Shown here: positions 33,653-42,769 of the stretch, piece by piece | How positions within the stretch are numbered: position 1 is the first letter of the stretch | Layout of the letters: every line of letters starts with the position of its first letter | NCBI GenBank assembly: GCA_965216935.1 | Contig: OZ244217.1 | Coordinates: 3,488,279 to 3,552,278, forward strand | Source of the DNA: Acidobacteriota bacterium | Lineage (GTDB): Bacteria > Acidobacteriota > UBA890 | Length of the DNA stretch: 64,000 bases | Direction: 5' to 3' | Program-made: the position numbers and the translations under genes | The notes under the pieces: generated by a model | Told to the model about the DNA's origin: nothing | What the model saw: the letters and a program-made list of their open reading frames with translations, nothing else | Databases searched by the model: none

Positions 33653-34792
33653 TCAGCGAGTCAGCGCGCGGGCAATCACCAGGCGCTGGATTTCGGATGT
33701 GCCCTCGTAGATGGTCGTCACCCGGGCGTCACGATACAAGCGCTCGACGGCGTAGTCGCTGACGTACCCATAGCCGCCGTGGAGCTGAACGGCGTCGTAG
33801 GCGACGCGATTGGCCATCTCCGAGGCGTACAACTTGGCGCAGGAGGCCGCCATGGTGTCCGCCTCGCCGGCATCGCGCAGGGCGGCGGCGCGCAGATAGA
33901 GCAGCCGCGCGGCGCGAATCTCCGACGCCATGCCGGCCAAGGTCGACTGCAGGCCCTCGAAACGCCCGATCGGCCCTCCGAACGCCTCGCGCTCGCACAC
34001 ATATCGGAGCGATTGAACGAGGGCTGCGTGGGCGATACCGACGGCTTGGGCCGCGATGCCGGCCCGGCCGCCGTCCAGGCTGTGGAGGGCGATCTCCAGC
34101 CCCTGCCCGCGGTCTCCCACCATCCACTCGGCCGGAACGCGGCAGTCGTCAAAGGCCACCTGGCTGGTGCGGGAGGAGCGGATTCCCATCTTTTCTTCCT
34201 CGTGAACGACGGCGACGCCGGGATGCTCCGCCGGCACCACGAAGGCGCTGATTCGACCCCGAGCCGCGTCGGGGTCGGTCACCGCGAACACCAGCATGGC
34301 GCCGCACACGGATCCGTTGGTCACCCACGCCTTCGTGCCGCTGAGAACGAACTCGTCGCCCTCCTTGTCGGCTCGAACCACCAACCCCCCGGCATCGGAC
34401 CCGGCTCCGGGCTCTGACAGGCAGAAGGCGCCGAGCCACTCGCCCTGAGCGCATGGGCGCAGGAAACGCTCCTTCTGGGATGCCGAACCGTACGCCTGCA
34501 GCGGGGCGCAGTACACCGAGTTGGTCACGCTGATGGCGACACACGTCGAGGCATCGCCCCGCGCCAGCTCCTCGAGAACGAGGCAATACGTGATCAAGTC
34601 GAGCCCGGCGCCGCCGTTCGACTCGTCGATGGTCATGCCGAACAGACCGAGCTCACCAAGTTGCCGGAACACGTCCTGCGGGAACGTCTTGCCCCGATCC
34701 CAGCCGTCGGCATTCGGCGCAACCTCGGCGGCGACGAAATCGCGCACCATGTCGCGGATCATCAGCTGATCTGCGGTCAGATCCCAGTTCAT
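33653..34792 (-). CDS. Acyl-CoA dehydrogenase (short/branched-chain type)
   Basis: FCLSEPGAGSD, GTKAWVTNG, HGGYGY, IYEGTSEIQR. Confidence 0.93.
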   Translation of the reverse strand: MNWDLTADQLMIRDMVRDFVAAEVAPNADGWDRGKTFPQDVFRQLGELGLFGMTIDESNGGAGLDLITYCLVLEELARGDASTCVAISVTNSVYCAPLQAYGSASQKERFLRPCAQGEWLGAFCLSEPGAGSDAGGLVVRADKEGDEFVLSGTKAWVTNGSVCGAMLVFAVTDPDAARGRISAFVVPAEHPGVAVVHEEEKMGIRSSRTSQVAFDDCRVPAEWMVGDRGQGLEIALHSLDGGRAGIAAQAVGIAHAALVQSLRYVCEREAFGGPIGRFEGLQSTLAGMASEIRAARLLYLRAAALRDAGEADTMAASCAKLYASEMANRVAYDAVQLHGGYGYVSDYAVERLYRDARVTTIYEGTSEIQRLVIARALTR

Positions 34793-34811
34793 CGGCTGCC
34801 TCCGCGGCCGC

Positions 34812-35921
34812 TCAGCCGGTGGCGTCGGCGAACAAGTCGGGCAGGAGCTGCCGGGCGACCTCGTGACGCTGTGATTCGGCCGCACCGTGGTGCAACTCCA
34901 GCGCCTTGGCATCGCGATACAGGCGGCCCGCGACGATCGCGGCGTCACCCGTTTCGGGCCCGAGGATCTGCACGGCGCGGCGGCTGGCGCCGATCGCAGC
35001 CTCTACCGCCAGCAAGCGGGCCATGGCCGCCGCCTCGCGGCGCTCCTGCGGGTCGGTTACCGAGCAGGCGTACCAGGTCAAGAGCCGACCGGCTTCGGTC
35101 TCCGTAGCCATGTCGGCAAGCATCCACTGCACGGATTGAGCCCTGTCGAGGGCGTCGGGCGACGCGCCGACGTGTGCGGTCCCCACTTCCAGCGCGGCCC
35201 TTCCGATGCCGGTGCAGACCGCCGCGAGGCAAACCCGGGCGTAGTCCGCCGCGGCGTCGAGCGTCGCCACCGGGTCGTCCAGGGACAACGATGCCGATGC
35301 TGCGGCTCCCTCCAGCGTGACCGTCGCGGTACCCGAGCCGTTCAGGCCGAGTCGCTGCGGCTCCTCGCCAACCGTCACGCCGGCGGCGCCGGCATCGACC
35401 AGAAAGATGTCCAGATCACCCGCGTCCCGGCTTCTCGCCGGCACGACGAGGACGTCCGCCCCCACCGCGCCGACGACGCCCCGCGCAACGCCGGTCAACG
35501 TCTCGTCCGATCGCACAACCGAAACCGACGGGGCGTCGAGCAACGATGCGCCGCCGTCCAGAACCAACGCCGCCGTCCGTGCTCCGGACAGGAGGTCGGC
35601 GAACAGGCTCCCGGAGTCACTCCCGTCGTCCGCTGCGCCGACAATGAGCGCCGCGGCCAGGTGCCCGACGGTCGCTGCCGCCACGCTGGCGCTCGCGGCG
35701 CCGATCTCCTCGAGGATCAGAGCGTGATCCGCGTCACCGTCGCCTGCACCTCCACATGAGCCCGGCATTGCCGGGGCCAGAAGCTCTCCCAGGCCGCGTA
35801 CGAGCGAGGCCGAATCCGCCTCGCCCTGATCGACATCGGCGGCAGCCTCACGTACGGTTCCCGCCGCCTGGAGGGCTCGTTCTTGTAGCGCCCTTTCGCT
35901 CTCGTTCAACCTCGGGTCCAT
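34812..35921 (-). CDS. Acyl-CoA dehydrogenase-family protein with degenerate active-site motifs
   Basis: ACAD C-terminal pattern QSVQWMLADMATE, AVQILG, RLYRDAK; no SEPxAGSD or YEGT. Confidence 0.8.
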   Translation of the reverse strand: MDPRLNESERALQERALQAAGTVREAAADVDQGEADSASLVRGLGELLAPAMPGSCGGAGDGDADHALILEEIGAASASVAAATVGHLAAALIVGAADDGSDSGSLFADLLSGARTAALVLDGGASLLDAPSVSVVRSDETLTGVARGVVGAVGADVLVVPARSRDAGDLDIFLVDAGAAGVTVGEEPQRLGLNGSGTATVTLEGAAASASLSLDDPVATLDAAADYARVCLAAVCTGIGRAALEVGTAHVGASPDALDRAQSVQWMLADMATETEAGRLLTWYACSVTDPQERREAAAMARLLAVEAAIGASRRAVQILGPETGDAAIVAGRLYRDAKALELHHGAAESQRHEVARQLLPDLFADATG

Positions 35922-36442
35922 CAATCCTGCTCCGGTTCTTGCATCGGGGGAAGCGCGTCGAACATGGGTCGCAGACGGGCGTACGTCCCCTCTGGTGTCT
36001 CCGGGATCACGCGGGTATCGGCCGTCGCGCTCATGAAGCTGGCATCACCGAGCCATCGCGGCACCACGTGGAGGTGCTGGTGCTCCCAGATGCCCGCCCC
36101 GGCCGCCCGGCCGATGTTCATCCCGACGTTGAATCCGTGCGGACCGTATGCGTCTTTGAGGATCGTCTCACAGACCCGGGCCAGCCGCATCATTTCCGCC
36201 AGGCCCTCGTCCCGTGCCGACCCCAGGTCCGCCACGTGCTCGTACGGTGCAACCATCAGGTGCCCGTTGCTGTACGGGTACTTGTTGATGATCACGTAGT
36301 TGAGGACGGCGCGATGAAGCACCAGGTTGGCCGCGTCCGCGTCGGGACCGCCGGCGACGACATCGCAAAGAACGCACCCTTCCGCGCTGCCGCCCAGGCC
36401 GCTCACGTAGTCAAGCCTCCACGGTGTCCAGAGACGGTCCAT
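35921..36442 (-). CDS. HIT-family hydrolase (Ap4A/FHIT-like)
   Basis: LWTPWR, NKYPYSNGHL, HQHLHVVPRW. Confidence 0.93.
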   Translation of the reverse strand: MDRLWTPWRLDYVSGLGGSAEGCVLCDVVAGGPDADAANLVLHRAVLNYVIINKYPYSNGHLMVAPYEHVADLGSARDEGLAEMMRLARVCETILKDAYGPHGFNVGMNIGRAAGAGIWEHQHLHVVPRWLGDASFMSATADTRVIPETPEGTYARLRPMFDALPPMQEPEQD

Positions 36443-36542
36443 TCACCTGCCCGCGTCGCGGAATTGCGGGGCTGTTTCGCCCGCCGGCCCGTGCGTGAAG
36501 CTCCGCTTCACGGTCCCGGCGTTCGACGCCGAGTTGCGGAGC

Positions 36543-36818
36543 CTACTTGTTGACCAACTCCCGCAAGTCCTTGCCGGGCTTGAAGTAAGGCACGATCTTG
36601 GCCGGAACCTCGACCCGCTCGCCCGTCTTCGGGTTGCGCCCGATGCGAGCGCGGCGCTGGCGCAGCTTGAACGAGCCGAATCCGCGCAGCTCGATCTTCT
36701 CCTGCCGCTGCAGTGAGCCGACGATGCTGTCGAAGAACGTATTGACGACGACCTCGGAGCTCTTCTTGCTCAGACGCGACACCGCCGAAACTTCTTCGAT
36801 CAGGTCGGCCTTCGTCAT
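36543..36818 (-). CDS. ihfB: Integration host factor beta / HU family
   Basis: MTKADL, IELRGFGSF, GRNPKTGE; directly after rpsA. Confidence 0.85.
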   Translation of the reverse strand: MTKADLIEEVSAVSRLSKKSSEVVVNTFFDSIVGSLQRQEKIELRGFGSFKLRQRRARIGRNPKTGERVEVPAKIVPYFKPGKDLRELVNK

Positions 36819-36824
36819 CCGGCG

Positions 36825-38633
36825 CTACTCCTCGTCCTCGCGCTCCTCGTCGGACCCCGACTTCATCCTGCCGAGCCCCGAAAGGTCGATGACGTCGCCG
36901 AGCGAGATCTTGCCGTCTTGCTCGTACTGCGTCAGCGGCACCGCGGGGGCCTCGGGCTCCGGATCGCGTCCACTCGAGGGGCTCTCGGCTTCCTTGGCGG
37001 AAAGGCTGATCTTGTGCGACTCGGCGTCGATCTTGAGGATCTTGACCTTCAGCGAGTCGCCCACCTTGAGCTCGTCGGCGGGGTCCTTCACGTGACGATC
37101 GGCGATCTCGGAGACGTGCACCAGGCCTTCGATGCCGTCATCGAGCTCGATGAACGCGCCGAAGTTGGTCAGCTTCGTAACCTGGCCTTCGACCACCTCG
37201 CCTTGCTGGTGCTTCTCGGCGTACTTGTCCCAGATGTTGGGCCGCAGCTGCTTCAGGCCCAGCGAGAGGCGCTGCCGCTCGGCGTCGACGCTGAGAACGG
37301 CCACTTCCACTTCTTGGCCCTTCTGCAGCACCTCCGACGGGTGCTCGACCCGCTTGGTCCAGGACATGTCCGAAATGTGAATGAGGCCGTCGATACCTTC
37401 TTCGATCTCGACGAAGGCACCGAAGTCGGTGAGATTCCGCACCCGGCCCTGAATGATGTTGCCTTCCTCGTACTTGTCGGCGATCAGGCGCCACGGGTTG
37501 GGCTCGGTCTGCTTCATGCCGAGCGAGATGCGGCGGTTCTCCTCGTCGACGTCGAGAATCACCACGTCGACCTCGTCGCCGACCTCGACCAGCTTGGAAG
37601 GATGCTTGATGCGCTTGCGCCAGGACATCTCCGAGATGTGAACCAGCCCCTCGACGCCCTCTTCGAGCTCCACGAAGGCGCCGTAGTCCGTCAAGCTGAC
37701 GACCTTGCCGGGGATACGGGAACCGGCCGGGTATTTCTCGGATACGCCCACCCACGGGTCGGGCATGCGCTGCTTGTAGCCCAGCGAGACGCGCTCACGC
37801 TCGGGATCGAAATTGAGAATGACGACGTCGATCTCGTCGCTGATGCTCAGCAGCTCCGACGGATGGGCGATGCGGCCCCACGACATGTCGGTGATGTGCA
37901 GCAACCCGTCGATACCGCCGAGGTCCACGAACGCACCGTAGTCGGTGATGTTCTTGACGACGCCCTTCATCAGGTTGCCGGCCTGCAGCTGCTTGAGCGT
38001 GTCCTTCTTCTCTTCGGCGCGCTCGGCCTCGAGGACGATCTTGCGCGAGACGACGACGTTGGCGCGCCGCTTGTTCAGCTTGATGACCTTGACCCGGATC
38101 TCCTCGTTGACCATCGATTCGAGGTTGCGCACCGGGCGGATGTCCACCTGCGAGCCGGGGAGGAACGCACGGACTCCGATGTTGACGGCCAGGCCGCCCT
38201 TGACCCGATCGACGACCAGGCCGGTGATGATCTCGTCTTCCTTGTAGGCATCTTCGATCTTGCCCCAGACCTTCATCTTCTCGGCTTTTTCGCGCGAGAC
38301 GACGACGTTGCCTTCCTTGTCTTCGCAACGTTCGAGCAAGACTTCGACCTCGTCCCCGGCGGCGACCGAGATGTTGCCCTCGGCGTCGGCGAACTCCGCC
38401 CGGCGGACGATGCCTTCAGATTTGTAACCGATGTCTACGATGACCTCGTCCCCCGAAACTTCCAGGACGTGGCCCTTTACGACTTCGCCTTCGACCAGCT
38501 CTTGAAGGCTCTCGTCAATGAGTTGCATGAGGGTCTCTTCGTCGAGCAGGTCCTCATCGGGGAGCGTGACGGCGGATTCTTCCGCCATCAGGGGCTCCGC
38601 CTCGCTCGACTCGACCGCAGTCTTCCCCGGCAT
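36825..38633 (-). CDS. rpsA: 30S ribosomal protein S1
   Basis: Six S1 repeats (DYGAFVDLGGIDGLLHITDMSW and similar); GGAGG RBS. Confidence 0.98.
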   Translation of the reverse strand: MPGKTAVESSEAEPLMAEESAVTLPDEDLLDEETLMQLIDESLQELVEGEVVKGHVLEVSGDEVIVDIGYKSEGIVRRAEFADAEGNISVAAGDEVEVLLERCEDKEGNVVVSREKAEKMKVWGKIEDAYKEDEIITGLVVDRVKGGLAVNIGVRAFLPGSQVDIRPVRNLESMVNEEIRVKVIKLNKRRANVVVSRKIVLEAERAEEKKDTLKQLQAGNLMKGVVKNITDYGAFVDLGGIDGLLHITDMSWGRIAHPSELLSISDEIDVVILNFDPERERVSLGYKQRMPDPWVGVSEKYPAGSRIPGKVVSLTDYGAFVELEEGVEGLVHISEMSWRKRIKHPSKLVEVGDEVDVVILDVDEENRRISLGMKQTEPNPWRLIADKYEEGNIIQGRVRNLTDFGAFVEIEEGIDGLIHISDMSWTKRVEHPSEVLQKGQEVEVAVLSVDAERQRLSLGLKQLRPNIWDKYAEKHQQGEVVEGQVTKLTNFGAFIELDDGIEGLVHVSEIADRHVKDPADELKVGDSLKVKILKIDAESHKISLSAKEAESPSSGRDPEPEAPAVPLTQYEQDGKISLGDVIDLSGLGRMKSGSDEEREDEE

Positions 38634-38698
38634 GTTGTTGGGTCCTCCATCAATGAACTCGAAAGCGCCCGCACTTCGGGCGCCCGTCAGAATGGGTA

Positions 38699-38727
38699 AT
38701 GCTACGGCTCCACGGGGCAGGTGTCAA
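38699..38727 (-). promoter_or_regulatory. Putative sigma70 promoter of rpsA
   Basis: Minus strand TTGACA (38727-38722), 17 nt, TAGCAT (38704-38699); the leader has a GCGCCCG/CGGGCGC hairpin. Confidence 0.7.
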
Positions 38728-38787
38728 CGCGCAAACCCCCGTAAATAAAGGCGCTGAGCTACCTCGGGCCGGGGCGAAATCCACCCC

Positions 38788-39444
38788 TCAAGGGCCCCCC
38801 TGGCGCACGACTTTCAACATCGCGTCGACGCTCTCCTGCACCGATTGATTACTGGTATCGATGTGGATCGCGTCGGGGGCGGCTCGCAGAGGTGACACGC
38901 GTCGGCTGGTGTCGATGCGGTCGCGCTCCCGCACGTCCTCGACCACGCGGGCACCGTCACGGGTCTCACCCAGCTGCGCCGCGCGACGCGCCATCCGCGT
39001 ACCTTCGTCCGACGTAACGAAGAACTTGAAGTCGGCGTCGGGTAGCACCACGGTGCCGATGTCGCGGCCCTCGAGCACCCCGCCTTCACGCCCGGCCTCC
39101 TGCTGGCGGGGAACCATCCAGCGGCGTACGGCCTCGATCGCCGCCACCTGAGCCGCGGCCTTGCCAACCTCGGGGTCTCTCAGCTGATCGGTCACGTCGA
39201 TGCCGTCGACCCGGACCCGAAAGCTCTCCGGATCCGCCTCGATCACAAGGTCGAGCCCCTCCAGGCGAGCGACGATTTCGCCTTCTGCTTCGAGCCCCTC
39301 GCGCGCCACGACCCAGGCGACGGCCCGGTACATGGCTCCTGTATCCACGTAGGGCAACTGCAGCCGGCGCGCCAATTCCCGCCCGAGCGTGGACTTCCCC
39401 GAGCCGCTCGGACCGTCGATGGCGATGCGCAAACGCCCGCTCAT
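38788..39444 (-). CDS. cmk: Cytidylate kinase
   Basis: IAIDGPSGSGKST, DTGAMYRA, EGRDIGTVV. Confidence 0.97.
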   Translation of the reverse strand: MSGRLRIAIDGPSGSGKSTLGRELARRLQLPYVDTGAMYRAVAWVVAREGLEAEGEIVARLEGLDLVIEADPESFRVRVDGIDVTDQLRDPEVGKAAAQVAAIEAVRRWMVPRQQEAGREGGVLEGRDIGTVVLPDADFKFFVTSDEGTRMARRAAQLGETRDGARVVEDVRERDRIDTSRRVSPLRAAPDAIHIDTSNQSVQESVDAMLKVVRQGGP

Positions 39445-40202
39445 CCCCTGGCCTCCGCCCGCCGTCGCAGGGCTTCCACCTCGGCCGCCGACAACTCGCG
39501 CGCCTCGCCCTCCTCCAGCCCGGAAAGCACCAGCGGGCCGACGCTCGTTCGGATCAAGCGCTCGACCCGGTTGCCGATATCCCGAAACATCCGCCGGATC
39601 TGGTTCTTCTTCCCTTCGTGCAGGACGACGCGCAGCCGGGTGAAGCCCGCATGGGCGCTCCCGGACGCCCCCCCCTCGGGCTCGATGCGCTCGAGAACGT
39701 CGATGTCGCAGGGCATCAAGCGTCGGCCGTCGAGCTCGGGGCCTCGTCGAAGGCGCTCGAGGTCGTCCTCGGCCGGGCGCCCCCCGACCACGACTTCGTA
39801 CACCTTCTCGACGCCCCCACCGGGCTTCGTGATTCGTTGCATCAGCTCGCCGTCGTTCGTCAGCAGCACGAGGCCTTCGCTCTCGAGATCGAGACGTCCG
39901 GCCGGATACAGCCGCTCGGACACGTCGTCGGGAAGCAGGTCGACCACCACCGGCCGGCCGCGGTCATCCCGTGCCGCGCTGAGCACGCCGACAGGCTTGT
40001 AAACGACGAACGAGCGCGCCCGCTCCGCCTGCAGGGGCTTCCCGTCGAGTGTGACCAGGTCCTCGTCCGGGTCCGCCGTCGCGCCGAGCTCGCGGACCTC
40101 GCCGTTGACCGCCACTCGTCCCTCGACGATCAGCGCCTCGGCCTTCCGCCGGGAGGTGACCCCGGCTGAAGCGATGATCTTCTGCAGACGCTGATCGGCC
40201 AC
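39441..40202 (-). CDS. rRNA pseudouridine synthase (RluB/RsuA family)
   Basis: RLQKIIA..G..SRRKAE S4 domain, GRLD, EGKKNQIRRM. Confidence 0.93.
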   Translation of the reverse strand: MADQRLQKIIASAGVTSRRKAEALIVEGRVAVNGEVRELGATADPDEDLVTLDGKPLQAERARSFVVYKPVGVLSAARDDRGRPVVVDLLPDDVSERLYPAGRLDLESEGLVLLTNDGELMQRITKPGGGVEKVYEVVVGGRPAEDDLERLRRGPELDGRRLMPCDIDVLERIEPEGGASGSAHAGFTRLRVVLHEGKKNQIRRMFRDIGNRVERLIRTSVGPLVLSGLEEGEARELSAAEVEALRRRAEARG

Positions 40203-40213
40203 GGGGTTTGAGC

Positions 40214-40496
40214 CTAGGAGTGTGTCCGAGTAATGGGCGGGGTGCCGTTACGGGCACCGTGGGGGCAGATGCAAGGCGCGACGACGTAGGCGATTTCGTG
40301 CATATCGTCGAGGAGTCGCAACGAAGCAGATGCCCCCACGCTGCCCGTAACCCTTCGGGCGCAGGGGGGTTGCGGCGCATATGCTGCGTTGCTCGTCGTC
40401 CCCGATGCGGTCTGCATCGCCTTCCTCCTCGCGCCTTGCCTCTGCTCCGCAAAGCCCCTGCGCGGCACCCCGCCCATTACTCGGACACACTCCTAG
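40214..40496. mobile_element. 283-bp non-autonomous MITE/REP-like palindromic element
   Basis: Perfect 34-bp inverted repeats CTAGGAGTGTGTCCGAGTAATGGGCGGGGTGCCG at 40214-40247 and 40463-40496; CTAG at both ends; two internal hairpin modules; no credible ORF. Confidence 0.8.
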
Positions 40497-41146
40497 CTCT
40501 CGAGGAGCTCTTCGAACTCTTCCGGGTCGGGCAGCTCGTCGAGGTCACGAAGCCCGAAGACCTCGAGGAACTGGCGAGTCGTTCCATACGTAAAGGGCCG
40601 TCCGACCGCCCGCTTGCGCCCGGTGATACGCACCATGCCCTGGTCGCGCAACGTGCGGAGCGAAGCCGAAGGGTCGACACCGCGGATGGCGGCGATCTCG
40701 GCCTGCGTCACGGGCTGACGATACGCGATCACCGCGAGTGTCTCGAGCGCCGCCACCGAAAGCCGGGAGGGCTTCTCCACCTGACGAAGGGCGCGGATCC
40801 AGGCGTCGTACTGCGGTCGGGTGCCGAGCCGGAACCCGCCGGCGACTTCGAGAAGCTGCAAAGCACTGCCGGAGGCCTGCAGCCGATCCGAGAGAAGCAA
40901 CGCAGTGCGCTCCACCATCAGCGCCGAAACTCCATCCGCCCAATCGCGCTCCTGTTTCGAGCCGACGCTCGACATCGCCTGGACGATCTCCTGCACCGGC
41001 ACCGGCTCCTCGGCCGCGTACAGGAGTGCCTCGAGGACGGGAACGACCTGCTCGGCGAGTGTCTCGTCGCCGACCGTGACGCCGGCCGGGTCTGCTTCCG
41101 CTGCTTCTGCCGCCGACATGCGTTGCTCCCGTGTCTCGGCGCTCAT
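40493..41146 (-). CDS. scpB: SMC-Scp complex subunit ScpB
   Basis: LEALLY, LSVAALETLAVIAYRQPVT, GRPFTYGTT..FL..FGL. Confidence 0.96.
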   Translation of the reverse strand: MSAETREQRMSAAEAAEADPAGVTVGDETLAEQVVPVLEALLYAAEEPVPVQEIVQAMSSVGSKQERDWADGVSALMVERTALLLSDRLQASGSALQLLEVAGGFRLGTRPQYDAWIRALRQVEKPSRLSVAALETLAVIAYRQPVTQAEIAAIRGVDPSASLRTLRDQGMVRITGRKRAVGRPFTYGTTRQFLEVFGLRDLDELPDPEEFEELLES

Positions 41147-41895
41147 TGGGCTTGCTCCACCATCTCCGAGGGAAAGACGACAATTTTGCCGAACGAGGCC
41201 TCCTGAAAAGCACGGGCCTCCCCGGAACGAATCAGCTCGAGCAGCGCCAGAAAAGTGGCGATGAGCTTACCGCGCGGGTCGCCCTTCTCGAAAAGCACGT
41301 CGAACGGTAGCGGCTCACCGCCCTGAAGCCGGGTCCGCAACACCTCGACGCGCTCGGCCACGGGGTACTGATCGGCGCTCACCGCGAACAGGGACGGCGC
41401 TTCCAGGTCGGTCAGCAGCTCGCGGAAGGCGGCGACCAAGGAGAAGAGATCGGCCTCCACCACGTCTGTCTGCTGCTCGACGATCCCGCCCGGCTCGGGC
41501 TCGCCACGAAACCACACGGCGGCAACGCGAGCCTCCCGAGTGCGTAGATCGCGCGCCGCGATACGGGTGACCTGATGCTCGACGAGCTGCTCGAGGAGCG
41601 CTTCCTCCTCGGCCGCCAGTTGGTCCGCGTCGCCGGCTACCGACGGGCTGGGAAGCAGCGCCTGCGCCTTCAGGCGCACCAGGCTGGCGGCAACCTCGAG
41701 GAACTCGCTCACCGGCTCGAGATCGATCTGCTCCATGAAACGGAGCATCTCCAGATACTCTCCGGTGATGTCGGCCAGCGGCAGGTCGCGGATCTCGACC
41801 TCGTGGGCGCGCACCAGATGCAGCAGCAGGTCCAGCGGGCCCTCGAATTCACCCACCTGCACCCGATAGCGGTCGTCGATCACCGTCGGTCCCAC
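41143..41895 (-). CDS. scpA: Segregation and condensation protein ScpA
   Basis: FEGPLDLLLHL, TFLALLELI. Confidence 0.96.
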   Translation of the reverse strand: MGPTVIDDRYRVQVGEFEGPLDLLLHLVRAHEVEIRDLPLADITGEYLEMLRFMEQIDLEPVSEFLEVAASLVRLKAQALLPSPSVAGDADQLAAEEEALLEQLVEHQVTRIAARDLRTREARVAAVWFRGEPEPGGIVEQQTDVVEADLFSLVAAFRELLTDLEAPSLFAVSADQYPVAERVEVLRTRLQGGEPLPFDVLFEKGDPRGKLIATFLALLELIRSGEARAFQEASFGKIVVFPSEMVEQAQ

Positions 41896-41910
41896 GTCAC
41901 GGCGCCGTCA

Positions 41911-42558
41911 TCAGGGCAAGAAGTAGCCGGCGACACCGATCACCGGATTGATGATCTGCCACAGGACCCCCGACCACATCATCAGGATCAGGATGAAGAA
42001 CCCGTAGGGGCGCAACGACGCGTAGGCGCGTGCGGCGCCGCCGCTGAGGAAACGAGAGAGTATCCACGACCCGTCCAGGGGGTGCAGAGGGATCATGTTG
42101 AACGCGGCCAACGCGAGGTTGATCAACATGTTCATCTGCAGGAAGAAGAGCAACGGTGGCGCCCAGGCGTCGCCCATTTCCAGGCCCACGCGCAGCGGCT
42201 GCCACACCAGGTTGATCACCGCGATGGTGACGGCGGCGATGATCACGTTGCTGATCGGCCCGGCGGCGGCAATCCACATGTGGTCCCGCTTCGGGTGTTT
42301 CAGGTTGGCGGTGTTCACGGGCACCGGCTTCGCCGCGCCGAAGATCACCGGTGAGCGCAGCATGATCAAGATCGCCGGGAAGATGACCGTCATGAACGGA
42401 TCGATATGGGCGATCGGATTCATCGTCAGCCGACCTTGATCCTTTGCCGTCGTATCGCCCAACTTGTTCGCCGCCCAGGCGTGCGCCATCTCGTGGAAGG
42501 AGAGCGCGAACAACAAGACACCCACCTGGATCCCGATGTTTCCGTAGTCGAATCCCAT
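41911..42558 (-). CDS. Site-2 protease family (M50) membrane peptidase
   Basis: HEMAH, AAGPISN, FNMIPLHPLDG. Confidence 0.93.
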   Translation of the reverse strand: MGFDYGNIGIQVGVLLFALSFHEMAHAWAANKLGDTTAKDQGRLTMNPIAHIDPFMTVIFPAILIMLRSPVIFGAAKPVPVNTANLKHPKRDHMWIAAAGPISNVIIAAVTIAVINLVWQPLRVGLEMGDAWAPPLLFFLQMNMLINLALAAFNMIPLHPLDGSWILSRFLSGGAARAYASLRPYGFFILILMMWSGVLWQIINPVIGVAGYFLP

Positions 42559-42622
42559 GGCGCGATGCTACACGCAGGCGCGGTGCACGTCATCCGCCCG
42601 GAAGGCCCCGTACGCGTCTGAC

Positions 42623-42651
42623 TTGACCCTCCTTGGACCCCGTTCTACCTT
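42623..42651 (+). promoter_or_regulatory. Putative sigma70 promoter of the thiolase/DUF35 operon
   Basis: TTGACC (42623-42628), 17 nt, TACCTT (42646-42651). Confidence 0.55.
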
Positions 42652-42769
42652 CGCCTGAAGGGCGTTTTCGGCGGCTTCCAAGGCCGACGAACGAGCCCGA
42701 TACACATGCCGGGAGGCCCTCCCCTACCGGGCTCGCCGGCGTCCTCAGACACCCGATCGGAGCCTTTCT

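Noticed and set aside
31562-34417. Very long + strand ORF (951 aa) and similar antisense ORFs (55955-58078, 36918-38699, 17420-19057, 10594-12660)
   Set aside because: Shadow frames opposite well-conserved genes. These are expected at high GC and carry no recognisable motifs.
36443-36542. Hairpins downstream of ihfB as a terminator or ncRNA
   Set aside because: A CGTGAAGC/GCTTCACG stem exists but lacks a U-tract; there is not enough to make a call.
40214-40496. Mini-CRISPR or tRNA interpretation of the repeats
   Set aside because: The repeats are inverted rather than direct with spacers, there are no cas genes, and there is no tRNA T-loop or cloverleaf.
40208-41206. ORFs spanning or inside the palindromic element as a possible transposase
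   Set aside because: No DDE or HUH motifs. Mostly antisense to scpB, or short read-throughs of the repeats.
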